Shown here: one piece after another, positions 45,361 to 57,230 of the stretch
How positions within the stretch are numbered: position 1 is the first letter of the stretch
How the letters are laid out: the number at the start of each line of letters is the position of its first letter
From: an uncultured Planctomycetales bacterium
Lineage (GTDB): Bacteria > 4484-113 > JAFGCY01
Assembly: GCA_964512635.1 (NCBI GenBank)
Contig: CAZEJB010000007.1
Span: 27,148-91,147 of the forward strand
Direction: 5' to 3'
DNA length: 64,000 nt
The notes under the pieces: model-generated
The model's database searches: none
Seen by the model: only the letters and a program-made list of their open reading frames with translations
Told to the model about the DNA's origin: nothing
Made by a program: the position numbers and the translations under genes

Positions 45361-46323
45361 ATGCCCTGCCGCTGCTGCGGCAACGAGGCAGGCAGCCGAG
45401 TCTTCGTTGCCCCTGAAATTTCTTATGGCACGCGCGAGCCCTTCGACTACCTCGAATGCGCCGCCTGCGGCAGCCTGCAGATCCGGGAGATCCCAGCTGA
45501 CCTCTCGCGCTTCTATCCCGCCGACTACTATGCCTATACGCAAAAGCGCGAAGCGCAGGAGCGCGGCCTGAAGCACTGGCTCAAGCGCTGCCGTACACGC
45601 GCGGCGCTGGGCGCACCTGACCCGGCAGGCTGGCTGGCATTGAAGCTGCTGGGCCGGCCGGCGATGCTCCGCTACTTCAGGCTGATGGGCCTGCGTTTCG
45701 ACAGCTGCATCCTGGACGTCGGCTGCGGCGCCGGCGAGCTGCTGGCGACGCTGCGCAACTGGGGCTTCACACGGCTTGAGGGCATAGACGCCTTCGCCTC
45801 AGAGGCGGTGAACGAACCCGGTCTGCGAATCCGCCTGCTCGATCTGGCGCAGCTTGACCCGGCTGAGCGCTTTGACGCCCTGCTCTTTAACCACAGCTTT
45901 GAGCACCTGCCCGATCCGGCCGCGGCGCTTCGCGACGCCCGCCAGCGACTCACGCCCGGCGGCGGCGTACTGATCCGCATTCCGGTGGCGGGCTGCAGGG
46001 CCTGGCGCGAATACGGAGTGCTCTGGGCCGGGCTTGATGCGCCGCGGCACCTGTGCATCCCCAGCGAGAAGGGCATGCGGATGCTGGCTGAGCGCTGCGG
46101 CTTTGAGGTGTCGGCGGTCATCTACGACTCCAGCGCGCGGCAGTTCTGGGTCAGTGAGCAGAACCGCAAGGGCATCCCGGTGACCAGCCCGGAAAGCTTC
46201 TTCATCAGGCGCCGCTCCCCGCACTTTGATGCCGAGCAGTTTGCCAAGTGGGAACGCGAGGCCAGGCGCCTCAACGCCGCCAGCGACGGGGACTGCGCTG
46301 CTTTTGTGCTGAAGCTGCTTTAG
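45361..46323 (+). CDS. Class I SAM-dependent methyltransferase with an N-terminal Cys4 zinc ribbon
   Basis: CRCCGN...CAACGS zinc ribbon. ILDVGCGAGELL (motif I) ...LLFNHSFEHLPD... ...GGVLIRIP.... Confidence 0.7.
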   Translation: MPCRCCGNEAGSRVFVAPEISYGTREPFDYLECAACGSLQIREIPADLSRFYPADYYAYTQKREAQERGLKHWLKRCRTRAALGAPDPAGWLALKLLGRPAMLRYFRLMGLRFDSCILDVGCGAGELLATLRNWGFTRLEGIDAFASEAVNEPGLRIRLLDLAQLDPAERFDALLFNHSFEHLPDPAAALRDARQRLTPGGGVLIRIPVAGCRAWREYGVLWAGLDAPRHLCIPSEKGMRMLAERCGFEVSAVIYDSSARQFWVSEQNRKGIPVTSPESFFIRRRSPHFDAEQFAKWEREARRLNAASDGDCAAFVLKLL

Positions 46324-46324
46324 C

Positions 46325-46413
46325 TGTAGGGGCGGTCTTGACCCGCCCATCCTCCTGCCACTGTGGTCGTCTGGCGGAAAGCAGCGTGGGTCGGTCAAGA
46401 CCGACCCCTACAC
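46325..46413. repeat. REP inverted pair (GTAGGGGCGGTCTTGACCCGCCC) between the convergent methyltransferase and acs genes
   Basis: gtaggggcggtcttgacccgccc ... gggtcggtcaagaccgacccctac. It shares the GTAGGGG head with the 14045-14270 REPs. Confidence 0.55.
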
Positions 46414-46417
46414 TTGC

Positions 46418-48451
<2,034 letters not shown>

Positions 48452-48522
48452 ACTCTGATTATAGGCAGGGCGCGCTCTGCTCTCGAGTCGCAAAAAATGC
48501 ATGAAGACGTGTTGGAACTGGT

Positions 48523-49449
48523 CTAGTCCGGGTTGCCTGCATCGAGGAATGGGTTTGGCTCGTCTGCGCGGTGCAACTTTCCATGCCAGGGAACAAGCTG
48601 GCCCGGCTCGAAGTAGAGGACCTGAAAGTCGTCCTGCAGAATCTTGTCATTATTCTCACCGCAGACCACTACACGCCAGACGCTGGGTTGGCGATTGCCA
48701 ATCTTGGCCGGGTCTGTTTCAAGCTTGTGGCTGGCGGAGTAACTCGTGGGCTCAATGCGCTGAATACAGATCGCGCCGGGTTCCCATACTTCCGGTTCAA
48801 AAGTCTGATACACACTACCGCTGATGGGGTTTACCGCCGCCGCCATGTTCATGTATTGCATTGAGCGGCTCAGTGTCATCCAGTCCTTGATCTGCCCCGG
48901 CTCCTTCAACTGGGGACAGAGTTCCAAACCATCCTGGGGCAGTTCCCCGTGTGCTACGGCGTAATCAATCACCTTGGCGACAATGGTCTTTGGAGCAAAC
49001 GTGACGCCTTCTCCCAGATCCAGTACGCCAGTCATGCGTTTTTCTGCGGGTGTCAGGTCTGCAAGTTTGTCGGTATAGATGAAGCCGGCGGGCAGGCTGA
49101 TGATTTCTCCCGCCTGTGCGGGCGGCTCTTGTTGGGGTGTGCTTCCAGGTACAACAGGCAGTTCTGAAAGCAACTCACCGAAGGACTGACCGAGCAAAAT
49201 CCTGCGGCTTGCCTCTGGGCTTTCGGTTGTTTCCCGGGCTGGTGGCCCTCCAGTCCGGCCTACCTGAGTTTTAGTATTCGTGGAAGGCGCTGGCTTGGGA
49301 TTGCAGGAAAGCAGGCCGAATACAAGAATCAGCACTGCTAGAAGCAAGGCCCGCGTCTCCAACCACCTGGGTGGAACGAGCGCTCGATAGTTCATCCTTT
49401 GCATATGGTCGCCTCTATCGCATCGGTATGCCTTCCTCGTTCCACCCAT
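48523..49449 (-). CDS. Hypothetical exported protein (paralog pair, member 1) in a low-GC insertion
   Basis: N-terminal TM/signal. The C-terminal half is similar to 49460..50209 ([24 protein letters not shown] vs GRFYESFQSREWTPGGIFIERMPDD). Confidence 0.45.
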   Translation of the reverse strand: MGGTRKAYRCDRGDHMQRMNYRALVPPRWLETRALLLAVLILVFGLLSCNPKPAPSTNTKTQVGRTGGPPARETTESPEASRRILLGQSFGELLSELPVVPGSTPQQEPPAQAGEIISLPAGFIYTDKLADLTPAEKRMTGVLDLGEGVTFAPKTIVAKVIDYAVAHGELPQDGLELCPQLKEPGQIKDWMTLSRSMQYMNMAAAVNPISGSVYQTFEPEVWEPGAICIQRIEPTSYSASHKLETDPAKIGNRQPSVWRVVVCGENNDKILQDDFQVLYFEPGQLVPWHGKLHRADEPNPFLDAGNPD

Positions 49450-49459
49450 AGACCCAAGA

Positions 49460-50209
49460 TCACTTAGGCATCATAGGCATATCTGGGTTCGCCTCCGCAG
49501 CGTCGATGATTGCCTGTTCATAGGCCGGATCAGGCTTGCCATTGGCAATCTCGTAGTCGTCCAGCAGCACCGAACCCTGCTGCGCACCGTAGATTATGTA
49601 GTGGAACATCACCGGCGCGTTGGTGCCATCTTCGCTTATGTAGTTGGGAAAGCGCGAGAGCAGAAAGTCATCAGGCATCCGCTCAATGAATATTCCGCCA
49701 GGAGTCCATTCGCGAGATTGAAAACTCTCGTAGAATCGCCCGGTAACAGGGTTGATTCCCTGACAACAGGCCAGGTAGCGCTCATCATCGCTTAGATTCT
49801 CGATGTACTGCACGCCTTGAATCTGCTCTGCATCCTGATAGAGGGCAAGCCCATTCGCCGGCAGACTGCCGGTGGTCAAGAGCTGGTTGGATGCCCGCCG
49901 CAAAGTACTAGCTACGGTATGAAAGTTGCCATTGCTCAGCAGCATGACCCCCAGTATCTTCTGTTCAGCAAGGGATGGCTCGTGGCCCAGCGCACCGGCA
50001 GGATCATGAATCCCAAACTGGAAGCCAATGGAGGCTTTGGAACGCAGATCGCTTGAGTTGGCCGGTATCAGGCCGGCTGCTGCTGTATAGGTGCTGAAGT
50101 CTGTGGTCATCATGGTCTTGCAGTCTTCCTCATTCTGACCAAAAACCCGATGGACACCCGCACAGGCAAGCACGGTCGCGATTACAAGCGGAAGCAAGTG
50201 AAGCTTCAT
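49460..50209 (-). CDS. Hypothetical exported protein (paralog pair, member 2)
   Basis: Signal peptide (MKLHLLPLVIATVLACAGVHRVFGQNEED). Paralogous to 48523..49449. Confidence 0.45.
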   Translation of the reverse strand: MKLHLLPLVIATVLACAGVHRVFGQNEEDCKTMMTTDFSTYTAAAGLIPANSSDLRSKASIGFQFGIHDPAGALGHEPSLAEQKILGVMLLSNGNFHTVASTLRRASNQLLTTGSLPANGLALYQDAEQIQGVQYIENLSDDERYLACCQGINPVTGRFYESFQSREWTPGGIFIERMPDDFLLSRFPNYISEDGTNAPVMFHYIIYGAQQGSVLLDDYEIANGKPDPAYEQAIIDAAEANPDMPMMPK

Positions 50210-50531
50210 AAATACCTCCCTTTAAAACGACATCCTAACTCGGCCAGTATAACCACGCTCAATGCCTTGTCAATGAATGTTCCCAAAGTTTCCCACTCCA
50301 AGCAGGAATGTCATCACCTATAAGTGTTGTTGCATGTAGTGCGAGGCCCAGTTTAATGCTGTTCATAGTCTATATGCGCAACTTTGACACTGTTTACCCA
50401 CAAGGCAAATCTGTTTCGAGCGAACCGCTCGGTCTATTCATGCTCATCTTGATTCTAAGCTGACTGAGAAAGTACAGATCTTGATTCAACATTCTGACCA
50501 CTCTAGAGTCAAACGCGGACATCCACAATTG

Positions 50532-50620
50532 GCGCGAACTCGCGCTCCTCGACCAGAAGGTCGCTGATATGGGTGTCCTGCTCGCTCATGGGCTGATTAT
50601 AGGCAGCGCGGTCGTCGGCT
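50532..50620. repeat. Direct repeat copy B (degenerate duplicate of the acs 5' end and promoter)
   Basis: See 48393-48480. It encodes only a truncated remnant, [20 protein letters not shown].... Confidence 0.6.
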
Positions 50621-52055
50621 AGGACCCGCCCGCCTTACCGTAGTCCAGGGCCTGATAGCGCGCAAAACGCGGCAGTGCCCAGTCCCTGTACCAGTCGCGG
50701 GAGCTTGCCGTCGCCTGCAGCGCATTGGCGGCCCAGGCGCTGTAGGTCTGGCGGGCTGTCCCCTCGAAGCTGCGCTGCGCCAGCTCGGGGATAAGTTGGA
50801 TTGCCTCGGCCTGCTGTGCCTCGCTGAGCGGCTGGCCAATGCGCTGCTGCCAGTAGACATAGCTTTGCGCACCGGGCAGCGCCCAGAAATAGGCCAGCCG
50901 TCCGGCGGGCAGATTCCACAGGTCCGGCTGAGTGCCGCCGTAGAACACCAAGGGCGAAGTCGTCGCATAGTCCAGCGACGCCATGGCCTCCGCCTGCCGC
51001 GTTGCCGGCGGGGCCCAGCAGATATTCAGACGAGCCAGCCAGGTCATCGGCTGCTGGATCAACTGCGGGTCTGCTGTCCGCGCCTGGGCCAGCCGCAAAA
51101 AACAGCCCCGCAGTTCCGCCGCGAGTTCGAGGTCCCGGTCCTGCAGCGCCTGGTCAGTGATTCCGGTAAAAAGGTCATAGTCGCGCAGCAGCAGCGGCGG
51201 GTCATCCGTCAGTTCCGCGTCGAGCACCAGACCAGCCACGGCAAGGTTGCCGGGATCTTTGAAGTCCTCAAAGTGCTCGTGCACATAGCTCAGCGGAAAG
51301 ATTCGGGGCAGTTCAGCATGTGCTGCGCTGTTGCCGGCCCTGATCGACTCCCGGGCGCGCTGATAGTCATTTTGCTGCAGGTAGAACTCAGCCAGAGAGT
51401 AGTGCGCCCAGGCCTCGTCAGGCATCTCGCGGACGAGCGTCCGCAACAGTTTGCCTTCTTCACCGATGAAATGAAACAGACCCCCGCGGAATTCCGCGCG
51501 ATCCTCCGGCGTCATCCAGCCACCCTCTTCGCCGGCGCTGCCGCTGAGCTCCGGCCACAGGCGGTAGGCATGGTCCATCTGCAGCTCCAGAAAGCGCAGG
51601 CGCATGGTGATGCTGGCTTCCTTGCGCTCTTTAAGCACCTCGGCGAAGTCAGTCGCATCCCGGATCAGCCGCCACAGGGCTTCGCCTTCCGGCAGTTCGT
51701 TCTGGCCGTCCAGCAGATACCAGTTCGCCGCGCCAATGCTGCAGAACTCCCGCAGTTCAAAGAAGCGTGGATCGGGCACCATGTCATGCCAGTCAATGAG
51801 CACACTCTCTGGAACAAAGGCCGGATGCCAGCCCTGCTGGCGCTGGGCCGCGGTGCTGGCACGCTCAAAGACCGCGGCGCTGTAGCGGTCCCACAGGGCA
51901 TCGCCGGTTGGCACAGGCGGAGCAGAAAACACATCCAGCAGAGCGATTGCGGCTTCGGGAGGACTGGAACTGCCGGCTGCCAGCGCCGGGTCATCCCGGA
52001 AAGCTGTGCAAAGGAGCAGCAGGACGGTCACAAAGACGCAGCGCACAACACTCAT
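50619..52055 (-). CDS. Exported protein, paralog family A member 1
   Basis: Signal peptide. Shares VPTGD.LWDRYSA, DPGNLAVAGLVLD and L.AGN.A...ELP motifs with 53248..54981, and the GN/ELP helical motif with 60568..61950 and 63211..64000. Confidence 0.55.
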   Translation of the reverse strand: MSVVRCVFVTVLLLLCTAFRDDPALAAGSSSPPEAAIALLDVFSAPPVPTGDALWDRYSAAVFERASTAAQRQQGWHPAFVPESVLIDWHDMVPDPRFFELREFCSIGAANWYLLDGQNELPEGEALWRLIRDATDFAEVLKERKEASITMRLRFLELQMDHAYRLWPELSGSAGEEGGWMTPEDRAEFRGGLFHFIGEEGKLLRTLVREMPDEAWAHYSLAEFYLQQNDYQRARESIRAGNSAAHAELPRIFPLSYVHEHFEDFKDPGNLAVAGLVLDAELTDDPPLLLRDYDLFTGITDQALQDRDLELAAELRGCFLRLAQARTADPQLIQQPMTWLARLNICWAPPATRQAEAMASLDYATTSPLVFYGGTQPDLWNLPAGRLAYFWALPGAQSYVYWQQRIGQPLSEAQQAEAIQLIPELAQRSFEGTARQTYSAWAANALQATASSRDWYRDWALPRFARYQALDYGKAGGS

Positions 52056-52201
52056 TTAGTGATCATAGCGTCCGGCTGGACAAGCGCTGCTACCGAAACA
52101 CCCGCCTTGCTTTCTGTATAGCTTTGATGAAGCCGGCTGCAACCTTACCGCTGAAATGCTATATTCGCCCCACGCATCACCCTGCCAGAGAGGAGACGAC
52201 A

Positions 52202-53236
52202 GTGTCAACAAAGCCTGCTATTGATTCCAGTGAGCTTCAGGTGCATATGACCCTCTGCGCCCTGGCTTATACCGACGAAGTCGCTAACCCCGGTGAAACC
52301 GTGCCGCAGCAGATCCTGCGCATGCGCACCGACATCAACGCCGCGCTACGCAACCCGGCCTATGCCACTACCAACGACTGGCTGATCGCCTGGGGGCCCG
52401 GCCTGAGCTCCGACCGCAGCAACATGTTCTATGTCGCCAAGCAGCGCGGCGCGCCGGTCTTCGCCATCGTCATCCGCGGCACTGACTGGTCCTTTATCAA
52501 TGACTGGTACGAGGACGGTGATGTCTGGACCATGACCAACCCCTGGCAGGTTGGCCAGGTCGACGCTTATAACGAGATCTCCACGGGCTCGCATTTCGGC
52601 GTCCACCGGCTCAGTTCCCTAAAGAGCACCTACTACCTCGTCGGCGAGGATCCGGCCAGCGACCAGGCGGAGGTGGGCCTTAGCCCGCTGACTGCCTGGG
52701 AGTTCCTCTGCGGCCAGGCGCGCTGGCGCGGCGACATCGCCGTCTATGTCACCGGGCACAGTCTTGGCGGCTGTCTGGCCAACCTGCTGAGCTGCAAGCT
52801 GGACTATGAGCTGTCGATCGACCCGCTGCCGATCAGCCTCTTCAGCACGACCTTTGCCGCGCCGACCGCCGGCAACTCTAACTATGCACAGTATTACGAG
52901 CAGCGCTATGGCTATAGCGCTCTGCGCGTGTTCAACGAGCTTGACCTGGTACCCCGCGGCTGGAGCGACGTCGGCAGCATCCCGGACATGTATGAGCCCT
53001 ATATCTCCTGCCCCCTCAGCCTGCGCGCACTGTTTGACACCGTCTATGAAGGGCTGCAGCTCAGTGGCGTGGACTACACCCAGCCGGGCCCCAGCGAGAG
53101 CCTGCCAAACAGCATCAACATGCAGTGGCCGGACTTCTGCCAGCAGGTGGCCTGGAACCACAGCAGCCAGACCTACCTGCAGTTGCTCGGCGCGCCGCTG
53201 ACCGGCCCGAATACCGGCTTCCCAACCTGTCCCTGA
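52202..53236 (+). CDS. Lipase class 3 (alpha/beta-hydrolase, GHSLGG nucleophile elbow)
   Basis: ...VFAIVIRGTDWSFINDWYEDGD... ...AVYVTGHSLGGCLANLLSC.... Lipase_3 family signature. No signal peptide. GTG start at 52202 with an AGGAG RBS (alternative ATG at 52247). Confidence 0.7.
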   Translation: MSTKPAIDSSELQVHMTLCALAYTDEVANPGETVPQQILRMRTDINAALRNPAYATTNDWLIAWGPGLSSDRSNMFYVAKQRGAPVFAIVIRGTDWSFINDWYEDGDVWTMTNPWQVGQVDAYNEISTGSHFGVHRLSSLKSTYYLVGEDPASDQAEVGLSPLTAWEFLCGQARWRGDIAVYVTGHSLGGCLANLLSCKLDYELSIDPLPISLFSTTFAAPTAGNSNYAQYYEQRYGYSALRVFNELDLVPRGWSDVGSIPDMYEPYISCPLSLRALFDTVYEGLQLSGVDYTQPGPSESLPNSINMQWPDFCQQVAWNHSSQTYLQLLGAPLTGPNTGFPTCP

Positions 53237-53247
53237 CCTGAGTGGGG

Positions 53248-54981
53248 CTACTCGGTGCCTTCGCCCTTCAGCGGCCAGGTAGGCCGCGGCGGAAGCTGGC
53301 GGTAATCCAGTCGCGCCAGCTCGGCCAGCATGCTGGCTGTGTAGGCCGAGCTCAGCTGCTGCGCATAGTCCTGGGCCAGCCCGTTGAGCGCCCACGTAGT
53401 CAGTACCGCCTGGTTGTTCGGTATCTCCACAATCTCTGGTGGTACCTCGCCTGCTTCCGGCGGAGCGGGGAAGTCCTGTTTCACGCGCTGGTACTGCAGG
53501 CTGGCCCAGCGCGGCAGATAGTTGTAATGCTGATCCGCAGCGAAGACCGCGTTGAACCAGGCAGCGTCGCTCGGCCCCTCCCACTGGCCAAGCCGCAGTG
53601 GCCAGACTGAAGCGAGCCCGCCCGTCGGGAGTCCAAGAAAATAGGCGGTGTAACCTGCGGGATGGTTGTTGCGCTGTGCGTCCCGCACTGCTTCACCGGG
53701 CGTGTAGTCATACAGAAACTGCGGGATGCTGGCGAAGAGCGCAGCCTCCTGATCCAGCAGGTCCTGCTGGGCAGCTTCAACCGCCGGCGCGTTGTTCTGC
53801 CAGGCCTGCGCCAGGTCCGAGAGCAGGTTGCTTGCCGTGAACAGGAAGCGCGGATCGCTGCGCCGCGTGGCCGCCAGACGCAGGCCATAGACATGCAGAT
53901 CCTGCATCGCCGAGGCATCGCCAGAGAGCACGATGGACTGGACAAATGCGGCCAGGCCCCAGTCCTCAAAGAGCACGCCCGGTGGTGTTTCAGTGCAGCC
54001 GCTGTCCAGCACAAGCCCTGCCACCGCCAGATTTCCGGGATCGCTGAAGGTGCTGGACCTGCCCGCCACGGCACTGAGCGGAAAGAGATACGGCAGCTCG
54101 TAGACCGGTGCCTGGTTACCGGCCCGCAGCATGTCCAGGGCACCGGCCTCGTCGCCTTGTAGTGCCAGGTACTGGGCCCTCACATAGAAGGGCCAGGCCG
54201 ACTGCGGGTGCGCCGCGCTGAAGTCATCAAGAAATGCTGGCGGGCCGCTGGCAACCCTGCGGCCATGCAGCTGCACGCCGCTGCGCCGATCCGGCTGCGG
54301 CCAGCGGCCGATCGCATCCTGCAGCAGCCACTCTGCGTGCGTGATGTCGGACAAGGTTCCTTCTATTTCCAGGCTGCGCAGCTCGGCCGCGAGACTTGCC
54401 TGTCCACGTTCTCGCAGGATCTTCAGCGGAGCTAGACTCGCGCCGGCCATGACAGCGATGTCCGGCACCGCGCTGGCCTCGACCGCCGCCTCGTAAGGTA
54501 CGAGCCAGGGCGGCGCGGCCGGCGGCTGCTCGCGATTCAGGTAGGCCCGCTCGCGCCTGCCATCCAGCCAGTCATGGACTGACTGAACATAGGCGTTTTG
54601 CATGTCCAGTTCAAAGAAGCTGTACTCAGTCTGGCCATAGAGGCAATAGTGGTACAGCTCCCAGTAGCGCGGGTCAGCGCCAAGATCCGCCCAGCTGATC
54701 AGCGTGTCTTCGTCCAACAGCGCCGGGTGCCAGTCCTGCAGGTCGTCCGGCGGATTTAGCGCCCGCCGATACACCTCCGCGCTGTAGCGGTCCCATAGCT
54801 CATCGCCCGTTGGCACTGGTGCTGCGCCAAAGACTTCGCTGTACGACGGCAATTCCTGCGGAAGAACACTTGAACTCTCTGTTTCAGGACTGGCAGGTTC
54901 TTCAGCGGCCCGGGCGGCGGCCGCCAGCAGCAGCAGAGCGAGCAGGCAGCAGGAGATTGCAAGGCGCAGTGTGATGGACAT
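53248..54981 (-). CDS. Exported protein, paralog family A member 2
   Basis: Sec signal (…LLLLAAAARA-AEEP). Homologous to 50619..52055 throughout. Confidence 0.55.
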   Translation of the reverse strand: MSITLRLAISCCLLALLLLAAAARAAEEPASPETESSSVLPQELPSYSEVFGAAPVPTGDELWDRYSAEVYRRALNPPDDLQDWHPALLDEDTLISWADLGADPRYWELYHYCLYGQTEYSFFELDMQNAYVQSVHDWLDGRRERAYLNREQPPAAPPWLVPYEAAVEASAVPDIAVMAGASLAPLKILRERGQASLAAELRSLEIEGTLSDITHAEWLLQDAIGRWPQPDRRSGVQLHGRRVASGPPAFLDDFSAAHPQSAWPFYVRAQYLALQGDEAGALDMLRAGNQAPVYELPYLFPLSAVAGRSSTFSDPGNLAVAGLVLDSGCTETPPGVLFEDWGLAAFVQSIVLSGDASAMQDLHVYGLRLAATRRSDPRFLFTASNLLSDLAQAWQNNAPAVEAAQQDLLDQEAALFASIPQFLYDYTPGEAVRDAQRNNHPAGYTAYFLGLPTGGLASVWPLRLGQWEGPSDAAWFNAVFAADQHYNYLPRWASLQYQRVKQDFPAPPEAGEVPPEIVEIPNNQAVLTTWALNGLAQDYAQQLSSAYTASMLAELARLDYRQLPPRPTWPLKGEGTE

Positions 54982-55041
54982 CTGCAGATTCTAGAACAAA
55001 GTTGCAGTGGAGCAGTGCTGCCAGGTGGCCAAGGACCGTGC

Positions 55042-55881
55042 TCACTTGTCCGGCTGCGTGGAATTGTCGACCTTTCCGCCTTCCATCCGGCAAAGCTGCT
55101 TCTCGATTCGTTGCAGCTGGCGTTTGACCCGCCGCAGTTCAACCTGTACTTCGACCTCGCCCGGGGCCGGCTCGCGGATGATGTAGCCGGTGATCACGGC
55201 GGTGATGCTGCCGACGATTACGATGCCAAGGAAGGCGATGGAGATACTGACTACACGGCCCAGCGAGGTCACCGGCGCGACGTCGCCATAGCTGTCGGTG
55301 GTGGCCGAGGTGACCGCCAGCCACAGCGCGTCCCACCAGGTGTGGATGGTCCCGCCGTGCCCGCGCTCGGCAAAATAGAGCAGTGATGAGCCGCCAAGCA
55401 GCAGCAGCGCGGTGGCGATCAGCAGCAGGTCAACGGGATGGTGCAGCAGCGCGCGGACCCAGTAGCGCCAGGCCTCGCGGGCCTGGGGGCTGAGTCGGAA
55501 GACCAGCAGGAAGCGGAGCACCCTGAAGATGCGCAGCCAGCGCAGCGGCCAGAGCAACGGGATCGCGCCGAGCAGCCAGAGGCTGCGGGTCAGGACATAA
55601 GCCCGCTGGTCCGGGTGGGTCCGCAGATTGTGGAAGTACTCCCACCAGAAGTAGAGGCAGCACAGCGTATCAAGACCGACCAGGCTTAAGCGCAGGGGCA
55701 GCAGGCCCAGGTTCTCCGGGCAGATATCAAACATCAGCACAGTCGCGAGGCCAACCGACAGTACAGTCAGCAGTGCTGTCAGCAGCTCGAGGCGCAAACG
55801 CTGCCGCGGCCGCACTGGCGCGCTGACAACCGCTGTGCCTGCGGCTGCATCCTGTCCGCCTGGCGGGACTGCCTTGTCCAT
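55042..55881 (-). CDS. Voltage-sensor-containing ion channel (ion transport protein family) with a non-canonical pore motif
   Basis: S4-like LRIFRVLRFLLVFRL with Arg at every third position, and a pore-loop WWDALWLAVTSATTDSYGDV (TTDSYGD rather than TVGYGD). Confidence 0.55.
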   Translation of the reverse strand: MDKAVPPGGQDAAAGTAVVSAPVRPRQRLRLELLTALLTVLSVGLATVLMFDICPENLGLLPLRLSLVGLDTLCCLYFWWEYFHNLRTHPDQRAYVLTRSLWLLGAIPLLWPLRWLRIFRVLRFLLVFRLSPQAREAWRYWVRALLHHPVDLLLIATALLLLGGSSLLYFAERGHGGTIHTWWDALWLAVTSATTDSYGDVAPVTSLGRVVSISIAFLGIVIVGSITAVITGYIIREPAPGEVEVQVELRRVKRQLQRIEKQLCRMEGGKVDNSTQPDK

Positions 55882-55928
55882 AAGGCTAAGTGTAGCGCGG
55901 CCCGATCCGAGAGAAGCGAACTGACCAA

Positions 55929-57038
55929 GTGGAGCTCAGATACAATGCCTGCGTGACCCTCATCACTCCCCTGCTGGCTCGCGTTATTGTCGGTTTTGAA
56001 GACACTCTAGAGGAGTGCTTCGGCGATCCCAACTACGTTGAGCCGACCGCGGAAGAACGCGCCGCGGCGGAAGCCGCCGATCTGGCCGAGCGCGAACAGG
56101 ACCGGCAGGAGCGCATGGCCGCGCTCGAAGCACGATTGGCTGAACTGCCGGAAGACACCGATCCTCGTTACAAACAAATGGGAGAGTTCCTGTACTCGGT
56201 GGGGCTCCCAAACAAGCCGACGCACCATGGTCTGCTGGATCCAACAGAGCCGTTGAACGAAGGGCTGACCGTGCTGTGGGCTGATTCGTCTGAAGAACTC
56301 GCCAACAAGCACGCTCTTAAGTACGACCTGCCACGCCTCGACTTACACCTCCACAATCTGCCCCAACTGGTGCATGAACTTGAGAAACGCCCCATCCTGA
56401 ATCTGTACAAGAGCATGATCATTAGCACCGAAGGTCCAACTGAGGTCTATGCTGCTCTCAGGCGCCTGCTGGCAAGTCCAGCCAATTCTGACCGGACCAA
56501 GCTCTATGTTGGACTGCAGCGCGACTGGTGGGGCGAGAACAATGGAGACTTCTATTTGTCACTCGTCCTTGACCCTAGCTACAACGCCCTGTATGACGAA
56601 ATCGCTGCCGAGTATTCAATTCTACGAGCCTATCTCAAGAGCTTCAAACTGATTGACACCCCCCGGAGTGAGCATGGCGCGGGCCGGCGCGTCGAGCTGC
56701 TGATCGGTTCAACGGCTTCGCCGGAGCATGAGGTCTCGATGAGTTGCAGCGTCTTCGCCACGGAAGAACTGGCCTCAGAGCTGCGACGCGGCATCTTCGT
56801 AGGCCGTCGAGGGTGGCTGTTGGCCGACCATGTTACACCGCAACAACTGGCAGACCACCTTGCTACAGAGGTACGGGGGCTGGTTGACGTTAACTGGGAA
56901 CGTCTGTGCGTACATCTTTCAGAGTTCTTTGATTGGGATGGCTACGAATCCCTCTTTCAACTGTCAAACGCAGAGTTCGAGCGCCTGATCATGAAGCCAA
57001 GTCTGGACCTTTTTCAAAGAAGTAGCCTCAGGCGCTAG
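55929..57038 (+). CDS. Hypothetical cytoplasmic protein in a low-GC patch
   Basis: 369 aa, no recognisable family. Followed by a REP copy. Confidence 0.4.
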   Translation: MELRYNACVTLITPLLARVIVGFEDTLEECFGDPNYVEPTAEERAAAEAADLAEREQDRQERMAALEARLAELPEDTDPRYKQMGEFLYSVGLPNKPTHHGLLDPTEPLNEGLTVLWADSSEELANKHALKYDLPRLDLHLHNLPQLVHELEKRPILNLYKSMIISTEGPTEVYAALRRLLASPANSDRTKLYVGLQRDWWGENNGDFYLSLVLDPSYNALYDEIAAEYSILRAYLKSFKLIDTPRSEHGAGRRVELLIGSTASPEHEVSMSCSVFATEELASELRRGIFVGRRGWLLADHVTPQQLADHLATEVRGLVDVNWERLCVHLSEFFDWDGYESLFQLSNAEFERLIMKPSLDLFQRSSLRR

Positions 57039-57059
57039 TACGCGACGAGCAGATTGTTT

Positions 57060-57130
57060 CGCCGCGGGCCTAGGCAAGCTAGGCCCCTCCGATCTTCGGA
57101 GCAACGTGCTCAAAGCTAGGCAGCGAGCAT
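57060..57130. repeat. REP copy of the RAYT-associated family
   Basis: cgccgcgggcctaggcaagctaggcccctccgatcttcggagcaacgtgctcaaagctaggcagcgagc is about 85% identical to 16011-16085. Confidence 0.65.
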
Positions 57131-57230
57131 TAACTCCTGACGCGGGCCGGGTCAAGACGGGCGCTCCGGAGGCTTCGTCCTGCTCTGTGGCAGTGAGCAG
57201 GCTGTCAGTTCGCCAACTACAATCCCCCGC

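Noticed and set aside
50796-52121. 441-aa plus-strand ORF
   Set aside because: Antisense shadow of family A member 1. Similar long shadows occur at 53662..54162 and 35621..36256.
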